Of a stretch of DNA of 64,000 nucleotides, positions 1 through 12,000 are shown one piece after another (within the stretch, counting starts at the first letter, position 1; every line of letters begins with the position of its first letter). The stretch spans positions 744,001 through 808,000 of the forward strand of contig CBFFRQ010000067.1 of the NCBI GenBank assembly GCA_965644315.1, written 5' to 3'. Below the pieces are notes generated by a model that saw nothing but the letters and a program-made list of their open reading frames with translations, made no database searches and was not told the origin of the DNA. A program made the translations under genes and the position numbers. The stretch comes from Caecitellus pseudoparvulus. Taxonomy: Eukaryota; Protista; Bigyra: Bicosoecida.

Positions 1-2734
1 CGTCCCTGCTACGGTCGCCGACGAACACAACGGAGCTTCCAAACTGACTGATCTCAGCAGCGGGGGTGCTTGACGTTGTGTAGATCAAGTCCGGCGCCCA
101 GATGGTCTGGTCCAGGAGAAGGACTTGGGAGGACAGTTGCAGAGTCCCGGCTGATGGGGCTTCCAAGCCAAACACGGTGACTTTACCACCTGAGCTCTCA
201 CCTGGTGCTCCAACAGCAAGCTCAGCCTCAAACTGGGTGCTTGGTCGGAGGAACGCCGGCGCAACCGCAATTGCAGCGCCAAACCTATCATTCGCGGAGG
301 GTGTGAATGGGCCGAAAGAATCACCTGCCCCGAATTCGAACACAAGTGATGGAGCTGCTGGCGAGGAAAAGTCAACAATCATCACTGATCCCGCGTAAGT
401 CATAGTACCCGGTGCTCCGACAAGCAGCGTGGGCTGCAACTCTTCGCTGGCATTTGCAGACTGCAACCAAGCCAGCGCTGAGCCGATGTGAACAGTGTCT
501 ACAGCCTCAGCCAGGGTGGATGAGATGTTGTGCGTTCCCGACAGAGAAGCGGGTTGGACGAAGCGCCGTGGCTGTCCCGGGTGCACAAGGTCTGAGCGAT
601 CCCAAGGCGCTGACGAGTTGATGGCAAAGAGGCGTCCAGGAGGGCCACCTTCGATTTGCTCCACCACCCACCAGGCAAGCCCTTCTCCGAGGTGCCCGGG
701 AAGTGCGAGCACAGCTTCGCCAAAGCCAGAGCCAAAGCCAGCCCCAAAACCACCTTGCCCGTTTGGTCCTGGATGCAGCACTTCGTACCCTTGCTCGACG
801 ATCACCGAAGGGTCTCCGCCGTCCCACTGGAGGTCAACCGTCCAAACACGACCTTCCCTGCGGTCGCCCTGGCCATCTGCTGTGTAGTTTGCTGCAGAGA
901 CAAGAAGGTCTGCGACACCGTTTCCTGCACTGTCCCCCATGCTCGCCAGGGCCGAACCGAACCTTCCGTACGGCTGCAAGTTACCAGCCAAGCCGCCAGG
1001 CTGCAGAGATGAGATCAGGTGCGCTGTCAATGGCGCCCCAGATGGCATGGATAGCTCAACAAGCACAACAGCCCCGTCTCGTGCATGAACGCCTGAAAAA
1101 CCGGGAACACCCACCGCCAGAAGACGCAGAGCGTTGTCTGGTCCACTATACAAGGGGGCCAGGGAGCTCCCGAACAGGGGCTTGTCGCTTGTCGGCAACC
1201 ACGATGAAAGGTTTGTGTTTGTCTCCCCCGACACCTCCTGCCACGGCTGCTGCGGACTCGGCTTGCCGCTTTGCTCAAGGTGAACGATGGCCACAACGCC
1301 CCGTCCTTTGGACGCAGTAACAATGCTCGCAGGCGAGTCTCCGCGGGGTGCCCCGATGGCCACGTCTGGCACTCCGTCGCCACTCAGATCCCCGACCGCC
1401 GTCACAGCAGCACCAAACCACGTCGCAACATCTGCATGCACTGATAGGATACCAGCGGCTCCATGACCCCAGTCTATTCGTGTCAAGGGCTCACCGCCAG
1501 CAGTGAGGCAGACAACGACAACCCTGCCTTTTGCGCCGGCCTGCGGGACTGCCGGAGCGCCAACAATGATATCCTCTACCCGGTCGCCGTTCACATCACC
1601 CACCAGCGCGACGCTGGCTCCAAACTGCAAGTTGTGCCAGTTTGGCGTGTTGGCCGATCCTTGGGGCGTAATTCGCTTGCAGCTTTGCACGCTACCGTCG
1701 TTGCCGGTGAATAAAATGGCGACGCTGCCGATGAACGGATGCCCGGTGAAAAAGTTGAACTTCGGGTTCCCAATCACAAGTTCAGGGTTGCCATCACGGT
1801 TCAGGTCTCCCGCATATGCCAGCCCCGTTCCCACCGCATGAGTCAAGGAGCAGAGCCCCATGTTGCCCAGGTCTGTCACATGGAAGCCCTCCACGCCAGC
1901 TTCGAGTCGACGCCGGCCAAGCGAGCCAGGGATCATCGCATCTTCAGAGACAGGCAGAAGGCTGCATGCTGAGAGAGCGTGGTCTGGGTCGAGTGGGAGG
2001 CAGTCAAGGCTGGCTGCGTGCGAAATCAGGGGGGGCTCCTCATCCTCTCGAACCACACCACGCCGCGAATCTGGCCCAGCCACAGACCTCGCCCCTGATT
2101 CAGCCTCAACGCGCACAGATCCCCCTTCGGAGTGGAAGGAGCATGTGAAACAAATAGGTTGATCGTTGTGGTTCTGCGCTCCGTCTCGTCCTGGTCGTTC
2201 AACGGCGGGCTGGGCGTAGTGGCGTTGCGTTGGCGTTTCGCAGCTGCCGAAGCTGGCACTCCATGCTCCATCTACCCATCGTAAGTGCTCCGAGACACGG
2301 CAGCCTTCCACATGAGACTGGTTGCCTTGCTCGAAAGGCTCAACACGCAATGCATACCAGCCATCGGCGGCTGGTGCGGCGCGAACCTGCTGAACTTTGT
2401 CAGCCGGCGACCTCGTTGCCTCGCGTTGAACATGCAAGCCATTGTCGGTTGTGGGCCCGTGCGAGAGCCGCAAGCCCACCCAAAACCCACCCATTCGGTT
2501 GATTGGCGAGCTTGACTGTTCTACTGCATCAAAAACCACGCTGGGACCGGCTTTCGTGCTGCTGCGCTGGGTGGCCCATCCTCCAGCGGCACACCCTCTT
2601 TTCACCTCCACGCCAAGCTGGCAGTGCCCAAGCTGCCCCCCAAGCCCGGTAGAACGCCGCCTAGCGCTCAGGAAGCTGGTTGATCCCGCAGCCAAGGAGC
2701 AGATGCCAATGAGGGCTACCAGGGCGCGCCCCAT
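1..2734 (-). CDS. Integrin-alpha/FG-GAP repeat surface or secreted protein, paralog A (3' end beyond the left window edge)
   Basis: Not in the ORF track because it has no stop inside the window. Manual translation from ATG 2734 is open to base 1 (at least 911 codons). Starts MGRALVALIGICSLAAG (signal peptide-like). FG-GAP/Ca-binding repeats include AGDLNRDGNPELVIGNP, FGASVALVGDVNGDRVEDIIVGAP, FGAAVTAVGDLSGDGVPDVAIGAP and FGAAIAV...LAVGAPG. Confidence 0.88.
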   Translation of the reverse strand, partial: MGRALVALIGICSLAAGSTSFLSARRRSTGLGGQLGHCQLGVEVKRGCAAGGWATQRSSTKAGPSVVFDAVEQSSSPINRMGGFWVGLRLSHGPTTDNGLHVQREATRSPADKVQQVRAAPAADGWYALRVEPFEQGNQSHVEGCRVSEHLRWVDGAWSASFGSCETPTQRHYAQPAVERPGRDGAQNHNDQPICFTCSFHSEGGSVRVEAESGARSVAGPDSRRGVVREDEEPPLISHAASLDCLPLDPDHALSACSLLPVSEDAMIPGSLGRRRLEAGVEGFHVTDLGNMGLCSLTHAVGTGLAYAGDLNRDGNPELVIGNPKFNFFTGHPFIGSVAILFTGNDGSVQSCKRITPQGSANTPNWHNLQFGASVALVGDVNGDRVEDIIVGAPAVPQAGAKGRVVVVCLTAGGEPLTRIDWGHGAAGILSVHADVATWFGAAVTAVGDLSGDGVPDVAIGAPRGDSPASIVTASKGRGVVAIVHLEQSGKPSPQQPWQEVSGETNTNLSSWLPTSDKPLFGSSLAPLYSGPDNALRLLAVGVPGFSGVHARDGAVVLVELSMPSGAPLTAHLISSLQPGGLAGNLQPYGRFGSALASMGDSAGNGVADLLVSAANYTADGQGDRREGRVWTVDLQWDGGDPSVIVEQGYEVLHPGPNGQGGFGAGFGSGFGEAVLALPGHLGEGLAWWVVEQIEGGPPGRLFAINSSAPWDRSDLVHPGQPRRFVQPASLSGTHNISSTLAEAVDTVHIGSALAWLQSANASEELQPTLLVGAPGTMTYAGSVMIVDFSSPAAPSLVFEFGAGDSFGPFTPSANDRFGAAIAVAPAFLRPSTQFEAELAVGAPGESSGGKVTVFGLEAPSAGTLQLSSQVLLLDQTIWAPDLIYTTSSTPAAEISQFGSSVVFVGDRSRD

Positions 2735-3023
2735 CGCGCCTGGCCAGGGAGAACGGCAGAGTGCAGTTTGCGCTCGGCCAAGTGAACAAGGTAGCGCAAG
2801 CACGAGGCCGGAGCTGAAGCCTTCTCTGCATCAAGTTGCAGCCTGGAACATTTAAGAGTGCTTTTTCGGTTTATCTGCCCGCCAATTTTGATGCCTCGTG
2901 GGTGGAGAGAGGTTTGGGGCAGTCGAAATGTGCGAGAGTGGCAGTCTTGCGAGTGCGGCGAGTTGGCCCCCGTTGGCCATGGGGAGATTGGAAAAGGACA
3001 GTGAATTCACAAGAAAGCACGGA

Positions 3024-6000
3024 TCAAAGCAGAAGTTTTGACGTTGATGCCTTGTACACCCCCGCACTCTTGGAGCGCTCGACGCTGTCAGCTCGCAGTG
3101 ACTTGCTGGACCGAGACTGCTGACGGTGACGGCTTCGGGAGGTTTTAAATGACCTAGCAGAAGGACGCTGCGCCTGCAGCAACGCAGAAGTAGCGCTGGA
3201 CATGTAACTGGATGTCCTGCTATCGACAGCAGCTTTGGCATCGGCGCTCAAGTCCTGGCGGCCAGTGGACGGCGCACGTTTCACAAGCAGGGTGGAAGGT
3301 ATGCGCTTCGTCGCATCGATGGACAACATGCGTCTGGAACCACGCTCGCCACTTACTCGCCCGCAGATGACCAGCGAGAGCAAGAAGTGGATGGCCCGAG
3401 CGACAGCAGCTGGAAACACAGCAGCTGCCAACGCGAGGAGGAGTGGCAGCCAAAACCCGATTGCGACAAAGAAATCAACCAGGGCGTGCACAGTCGGTGT
3501 GTGCGTGGACACGGGGGACACGTGGGGGTTTGCACGTCCCGTGCCTTGGAAGAAGGCCCCTGACTCCCATGCAATGAGCACGTAAGACGCAGCCGCCTGA
3601 AGCATCTGCCCGACTTGAACGCAGGCAACGAGGGTGTCGTGGGTCGCGCTGGCCAGCACCAGGCGACGCAGGCCGGAAACAGAAGACTTCGCGAAGGGGG
3701 CATACTTGAGCGCCTCTCTTGACATGAGCATCGGGCGAAAGTAAAAGTGCAGGAACGCGCCGACAAGTGTCACCACCATGGCGGCGTACGCGCGCCCCAG
3801 AAGGGTGGGGGACACAGATGCAACAAGGGCCAGGGCCAGACACTGCCCGACCCACATCGCACAGTACCACCATGTTGTGGGAGTGAAGACACCCCACACC
3901 CAGCCCGCACCGCTCCAAACGACGCGAGTCCAGCCAGCTGCAAGCGACGTCAACGAGTCCGCCCGCATCCCAACAGCGGCCTTGCCCTGTGACTTGAGCG
4001 CCGGGTTCGAGCCAAGGATGGGAACAGCGTCACTGTTTATGCCTTGCTCAGTCGGGCGGGCAGTGCGAAGCAGTCGCGGCAAGGTCCACAGCACAGCAAA
4101 CAGAGCGAGTGACACCCAAGCCAGGCCAAGCAGCGCAGAGAAAACTTGCAAGGTGACGTGTTGTGCTGAATCTGCCGGAGTGGAGAAATCTGCCACCATG
4201 AATCGCTCGTGCTGCGATGCTGGAAGAGTGAGGAACACTGACACCATGGACAGCAGCGAGCGTGGCACGGTCATGAAAGCGGAAATGGCCAGGGCAGCCA
4301 CGCTTGCTGTCCTCCACGCCCCACCTGCAACTAGGCGGGCTGCAACCTGTCCCGCGCAAAGGGCGAGTACACCGCCAATAACGGGAAGAAGCACAGCCAG
4401 TGCAAACACCACTACGGGGTCAGCATCTGATCCCAGCACGCAGCTCGTGTATGGTGCATGTATGGGAAGTAGGGACGCGGTGTGGGCCAAGAAACTCACG
4501 CTGGAGCTGGCCACTCCCCTACCAAGTCGAAACGAATCCAATTGTGAAGACCACTGTAAGTGCAGCAGCAGGGCCCAGCATGCGACAAAGCGCAGCAGGG
4601 CAGCCGTCGGGCGATTCAAGTGGAATGCCTTCACTGCACGGGTGGTTGCCGGTGAGTCTATCGAAGTGGTGCACAGGGATGTATCCTGAAGAGAGGGCGC
4701 AGGAGAAGGCGCCTGCAGCCACCACACTTGACTGGAGCTTGGCTGGGTGCGAGTGAGCCACGCGAGGGGAGAGGCGGTGGACTCCACCCACTGCAACCAC
4801 AAAATGGTCATGCCAACCAGCAGAGCGAGGCCGAGAAGCATCGCAAAGGCCAAGGCCAGCCCTGGAACTGCCCCGCAAGGCAAGCAGTCAACCGACGCCC
4901 CGCCTGACGGGGGTGCATACGTGTGGTCACTCGTGCAAGACGCACACAGTTCGCCTTCGTGCCCTGCCGCACACCCAGTCAGCTGCACAGTGCGGTTGAA
5001 GGCGGTCGCCCCGCCCGATGTGTCGCCTGGCAGGCAAGCAAGAGGGTTCGGGCACAGCAAGATTGCTTGGGAGAAGGCAGCCTCCGTGGCACCGCGGGCC
5101 ACCCCGCTGCCGTCCCACACCCCGCTGGAGTGCGCCAGGCCATACCCCTGCAGCAGGCTGACCCTGCCGTCCACACAAACAGCCCCCAGGGGGCAAGCTG
5201 AGCAGGTCACTGCGCCTGGGAAGCTGAACCCGCCCTCACCACACCTGACACACACTGAAGGAGAGCTGGCCAGCCCAAGTGTCGGCTTGGGTCCGAACGT
5301 GCCGGCGGCACAAGGTGTGCAGTGAAGGGAGTGAGCTGTCAGCGTACCCGGCACCTCCACACGGCCATGCCCTGCCTTGCACCGGCAGGCGATGCTCCCG
5401 TCTCGCTCGGCACCCTCTGGGCAGCTTGCAGGTGTCGCGGTGAGCTGCGGGAACGGCAGCGAAACCAAAGGCCCGCCAACAATCAGCAAAGATCGCGCCT
5501 CGAGGGTCGGCTGCAGCGTTTCACCCGGCTGCAGCCTTCGAGCAAACTCCAGCGGAAGAAAGATGCCCAGTACTGGTGTGGCAGGGTCGGACGCGCCCAG
5601 TGATCGCTTCACATTCACTGGTAGGAGAGCTCGCTCCGTGCTGCTAAGAGCACGAACAAGCAAAGTCGCACTGCGTTGCAGCCGGCGCCGCGTGACATTT
5701 CCTGAGCCAGACAGTTGAGCGGCCAGAATGTTCTGCCCCAGCAAATGCTCCCTTCCCAATGCATCCCGCAGCACTGCCAAGCCCAGCACGACCCCATCAA
5801 CAGTGAACAGCGTCCCGTCTGGTGCTGCAAACGGCGATGGAATACTGGCAAGGTCTGGAAGTTGGAGGGGCACGTACAGTCCACTGACATTTGGGCTAGG
5901 GACAACCAAAGACGAAGTGAGCAAACTCGCACTGCCACGCAGCATGTCAACACTGACAACGCTGGACAGCAGCTCTGTTCGCCGCCGCGCTGTGTCATTC

Positions 6001-9000
6001 ATCAGCATCACCAGCGTCGCCGTGTATGGGCCAGCGTTTCGCGTGGCTTGCCGGTTCAACTTCACAAGGAGGGGCACCTGCCGCTCAGCGAACGCTTCCA
6101 CCATAAGCGGCTCTCCCAAAATCAGCGAGGTGTCCAGCCAAGCTGTTGCTGTCGCGTTGAGGGAGCTTTGCAGGGTTGCAAACTGCGCAGCGGGATCCAT
6201 CGTGCTGCCGCCACACTGCCCTGAAGCAGTCGGCTGCATGTGTCCGGGCAACACCAACGCATCTTGAAGCAACGCAGGTGTCGAGCCCAGGTTTCGAACA
6301 GACAGCTTCGACACAAACACTTCCAATGAGTTCCCCTCAGATGGAGCCAGTGGGTCTAGTCGCAGGAACTGCGGGCAAGGCTGCACGGTGGCCACGAGCA
6401 GCTGCACATGCAGTGGGTGCTGGCGTCCGCCGACGTCATCCAGGGCCACCACGAGGTCCGACACGTGCAGTCCAGATGGGAGCTGGGAGAGGTCGAAGCG
6501 GACAGTCACTGTATCGCGCGTCTGAGCTGCCGTGCGCCCTTGAACCAGGGGGGTCAGACCCTGCGTGGCGAGCTGGGTTAAGTCGATGGCGGTTGCAGGT
6601 GCAAGACCTGTCCCTGGAACCATTGCCGCGCCAAGGGGCAGGGAAGCGCTTACCCAGCAGGTATCAGAAGTTGGCGCCAACAAAATCCACGTCAAATCTG
6701 CGCTTCCGGTGGCAGATACACTCAAAGTACGCTCCATGAAACCCGACCCGCCACCTGAACCAGGCACTGCGTAGGCTGTGATGTCTGAGGGGCTCACAGA
6801 GCCCTGTGGAGCCAGGACATTCACACTCACTGGCAACGCCGCAGCCACTTGCCCTGTTGCTGTGTTGATGACAGTGACGTTGAAGAGGAACAGGCCTTGC
6901 ATGGAGAGTGGATCATCGCCAGACGAGCCGTCGAGAGCAGCTTGCAGGGCAAGGATGTTTACAGAGAACGCGATGCTCGAGTCGAATGAAGTGTACGAAG
7001 ACAAACTCAAAGTGGAAGATAGTCGAGGAACAGCAGGCAGTGCTGAAGGAGGAATGCCCATCGGCTTGCCAGCTGCTGCAAGGGTGGCCTGCGTGTACGA
7101 TGTCACGCCTTGTGCCTCGCTTGGACTCAAGCGACCCACCGGGACGACACCCAGCGAAATGCTGGTCAACTGTCCCAGCGCAGCAACTCGCACAGGCAAG
7201 TTCACTGATGCACTCCCTGTCCGCACGTGCAGAGTCTGCGGCGGGAATGCTGAAGGGAAGAATGCCACCTGTGTCACGTGCGGCCCAACAAGGCTAGAGG
7301 TGCCACTGCCAGGGGAAACGGAAGGGTTTGGAGACCGCGTCGCTGCAGGGCTGGAAGTAGGAGAAGGGCTCGCCGAAGGAGAAGCGGTGGGGGGTGCGGG
7401 GCATGCCGAAGGAACGACGGCGCAGAGAGGGAGGGAACCCGGTGACGGCCGCAGCACAGTTTCCAGCGTCCAGAAGCCACCAGACTGAGTCGTGCCGACG
7501 GCACTGGCAAAGGGCGCTCCAGCCAGGATATTCAAGGCACCGTCTGATCCATGCTGGGGTGCCACTGCCACGCTCCTCCCCAGTGGAGGGGCTTTCTCGA
7601 TTTCAGTCCTGTTCACGCCAGCTTGGCCACCTTGCAGGGCAACAGCTCGGAGGGGAAACCCGCTGCGAGCCATGTACAGCAAGGCAAAGGCTCCTCTTGG
7701 CAGCGGGCTGCTGCCGGCACCTACCCCAACGCCAATGAGCAGGTCGGGAACAGCGTCACCGTTGACATCCCCAAGCCCGACAGCACTGTAGCCAAACCTA
7801 GACCCCACCCCGAGCGAAAGCACAGCGGCACTCCCGTCAGAAATGTGGCGCCAATCAATCAACTGGGTCTGCTGGTCCAGGAACCACAGGAACACAGCGC
7901 CGAAAGTCCCGGTGCCTTCACAAGATTCACAACCAACTGCCAAGTCCATGAAGCCATCCCCATTGATATCACCGGCGGCCGCCACTGCTGAGCCAAGCTG
8001 GTGCACAAGGCCGCCGTACGAGAAAGCGCCCAATCCTTGCGAGATACGAGATGCGAAGCTCCACGTGCCGCCTTGTTGCAGTTGGATCATGTACACGGAG
8101 CCATTCCCTGACGCTGAGCCAGGTGCGGACACGGCCAGCTCTGTCGCCCCCTCCCCGCCGAAGTCTCCAATCCCTGCCACAGCGAAACCAAAATTGGAAG
8201 CAGGGTCCACGACCAAACCAGTACCGCTACTTATTTCGACCCCGGGGGTCCACTCATTGTGACCACCCCACAACAAGAACACGCCTCCTCGATCCCCGCC
8301 TGAATACGAGGGAGCGCCCACTGCAATGTCATCCAGGGAGTTGCCCCCAACGTCGCCAATTGGGGCCACAGCGTAGCCAAACTGTGAATGTGCGATGCTG
8401 CTTGTCGCAAACATGTCGAGGTGATGTGCAGGGAATCGGTTCGGAGGGAAACCGCTGTCGCAAGGGGGGTCTGAAAAGTCCCTGAACAGAACCACGCTGC
8501 CGTTTGTTGCCATCGGCTGCTCCCCAGGGGCTCCCAGTGCAAACACTGAGATGGCATCATCATACCCAACCCAAGCGACTGCTGTGCCCAACGCATCACC
8601 GCTGACTGGGTCTGTGTTTAGGCACGGAGCTCCTGGCTCTGTCAGTGTCGTGCGGACCACAACCCGTTGTGAACAAAGGCTCGTGCCAGCCGCAGAATCG
8701 AGCGTCCCACTGAAATCTTCCAGCGATGTGCTGAACTTGACCACTTCGCCAGAGTGCCGGTAGCCTTGGCGGGGAAGCCCCACCATCAGCCCCACGCGCG
8801 ACTCGGGCTCCGGAAAGGCAGCAAGTGCAGCTCCAAAATGGCTGGCGACGTTGCCCCGCTCCCATGGCTCACCATCAATGTGAGCCAGCACACCCTTGAC
8901 TGAGCCGTCCACCTGCAGCGCCAGAACCTGCACTGCTCCTGTGTTAGTGTCCTCTCCTGGCTCAGTAAATCGCTTGGCCCCCACTGTGATGTCCGGGATG

Positions 9001-12000
9001 CCGTCTCCGTTCACGTCGCCGACATGGACGAGGGAACTGCCTCCGCCAGCCTGGTCCTGGAAGAGATTTGCTGTTCCCAATCCCCCTGTGCCCACAATTA
9101 CTTGCCCACCAACCGGGAATGCTAGTCTACTTAGGAAAAGAATCGTGACGGCCCCCCCAAGGTCGGTCTCCAAATTGGAACGCGGAGATCCCACCGCCAA
9201 ATCACAAGACCCATCAGCATTGACGTCTGGAAGGTGAGCGAGCGATCGACCGAAGGCCCCCTCGGGATCCAGTGGAACAAACGTGCTGATTTCGGCCGCG
9301 GTGTACCACGTAAGTGTTGCGAGATCATGTCGGGAGAGGTCGAGGATAGCAATGGCCCCCTCTGCATACTCGTCATCGCTAGACGTGAGTGAGTCAGCAT
9401 AGTAGTCGTCTACAGGGGGACCTTCCGGCCAAAGATTCGTGTGGTTACTCGCATCCCCAAGCGCGACGGTCGCGTTGCCCCTTCGAGCTCCCAGCGCTGC
9501 CACAGCTGTGCCAAGCAAGGGGGAATTCCTGGTAAACCAGTACGTTGCTACAGACGTGCCAAACTGAAGGTCCCCATCTAGGCTCAGCCTGAAGACCCCA
9601 CCACCGGTACCGCTGCGGCGCATACCTACGGCCAACTCAAAGGTCCCATCTCCATCTGTGTCACCAAGCGCGGCCACTGCTGCGAAGAATACGTCAGAAT
9701 GCATGAAGTCGCTCATTTCTCGAATACTCTGCGGAGTTTGCGAGAATGTATGCATGCCCTCCAGTGTCCCATCTTCTCCCCCGCTGAACTGCAGCACGAA
9801 TAGCTTCGCATTCGAGGGGCTTGAGTCGATGGGACCTGGGGCGCACACGGCGAATGCCAAGGGCCCACCGGGAAAGTCCGATCCAAGCCAGGCGATGTCA
9901 GATCCAAAGAAGCCGTCCTCCAAGAGCACTCCACCCGGCAAGGTGTCGTTGTTCAGCACATCTGTCCCTGCAACTGAAGCTGAGGGTACAGACGAAGGAG
10001 TGGGAAAGGGGGTGCTACTCACTGACGTTGACGCAGATGGTGATGGTTGCGGAGCTGGGGAGTCTGAGGCTGAGGTTGAGGTGCACATTGTAGTCCCCAT
10101 ATACCCTGGACACCCACATACAGGAAAAGGTATGCAAGGATCAATCATCGGATCTGAAGGTGTTGTAGAAGGTGTTGGCGTGGCAGACTGTGTCTGCGCC
10201 GCCGAAGCAGACGGGGTGGTACTCGTGGACGGAGTTTGTGTGGCGGCTGTGGTTGGCGACGGGAACATTGTTGCTGACGGAGAAACAACCAAGGTCGGGC
10301 TGGCAGTCGGTGACGGGGAGGGCGACGGGAAGGCTGAGACAGAGGGAACCGGCGACGGGGAGGACGAGGTTGACGGAGTTTGCGACGGGGAGGAAGAGGT
10401 TGACGGCGAGGCTGAGGCTGAGGCTGAGGTTGAGGGAGACCATGCGATGGGTGGCACGGCACCAGTGACAGGTGCGGTCCACAGGCCGCCCCGATTCTCG
10501 CCAGATTGCCCATCACTTGTGTACCCGGGAGCTCCGATCGCGAGCATGACTTGTGAGGTCAATGCGTCATGATACAGGGCTGCTCCAAGTCCAAGGTCGG
10601 AACCAGCATCAAAGACAAAATCAGTGAAAGGAGGAAAGGCTCCACCTTTCGTGTTCGACACGGTCGCTTGAAGCAATGTCGGCGCGTCTGCAGAAAACAG
10701 TGACACGAAGTGCAACGCACCAGCAGCGGAAAGTCCGTCGGATTCGAAGGGCTGTGCCACGAGCAAGTCTGGAACGCCATCCCCGGTGATGTCGCCAGAA
10801 CAATGGACTCCCGGTGGGGGCATGGGGGCTGCGCCTGTGCTGCCGCCAAAGAGTGCAGCTTCAGTCAACCAGGTAACGTTCAAGAAGGCTTGCCCAGTGA
10901 CGTTCACCGTCGCAACCCACACGAGTGTGGCGTTTTCCCCGAAGCCCCCCACAGCACCACCAGCAAGGCCTGGGACTCCACTGGAATCCAGCTCTGGAAC
11001 AGCCGTCAGCGAAGCACCAAGGAAGAATGTGGGCTGTGTGAGCCAGGGCAAAAAGCTGAGAGGATTGCAAGGGGCTGAGTCATCGCCGGCCGCCGCGCTG
11101 ACTGAGCAGGCAGAAACATGCCCCTTGCTGCTATCATGCAAAGGTGCTCCGACAAATACGGTGTGCCTGGATGGCCAAAACATGCCCAGCCCGCCTGATG
11201 CCAAGGCCTGGCCAAACCGTGCTTGAGCTCCGACGACCAAGCCGCTGGGGTTCAAACTGGAGACGTTCACGAAAGCATCCACAGCGACTCCCACGCTCCA
11301 CAGAGAAGTTTCCGCAGAAGTGTTGGGAGCGCTGACAAGCAAGTGCTCTGTGAAAGGCACATCACTAAACTCCCCCAGCCAAAGCAAGGCTGTCCCGAAC
11401 TCAGAACCGGCGGTGAGTCCAGGCAATGGGCCTGGGGGCAGCGTGAGGAAAGCGCCTGTATCTGTAGGCTCAAGGCCCAACGACCGAACTTGCACTGCTC
11501 CAACAAATGCAAAGCCAGTTCCTGGCACGCCGACTGCAAGGCGAGCGCTAGCTCCAGATGGAGCAGGAAGCGAGGCGATGCTGCGCCCCAGAAAAGATTG
11601 GGGCTGTGCCAGCCCGAGCACCAGCGTGGCTTCGAGCGTGCCAAGCGCTGGGTGAACACCAACTGGCATGCCAGGCGGAGCAACTGCACCAGGTTTCGCA
11701 GCCTTGCTGGACCTCTTCAGAATGATGCAAGCCCCGCCCGGCTTCGCGCAGGATGAGGGTGCTGAGGCTGCCGTGTGAGATACTCGGGTGTTGGGGTCGA
11801 AGTGTGCAGCAACTGCAGTCCCGAGCCCAGCGCCATTGAACGAAGCGACACCTTGACCAGCGGGGGAAGCTTCTGCAAACGCAAGCCCCACACCAGGGGC
11901 TACATGCAGCGTCAGAAGAAGGCCTTGTGTGTTCCCTTCCCCAACATGAAAGTTGGGCAGGCCAGCTACCAGCATGGCGCAGCCATCGTACTTGCACGAT

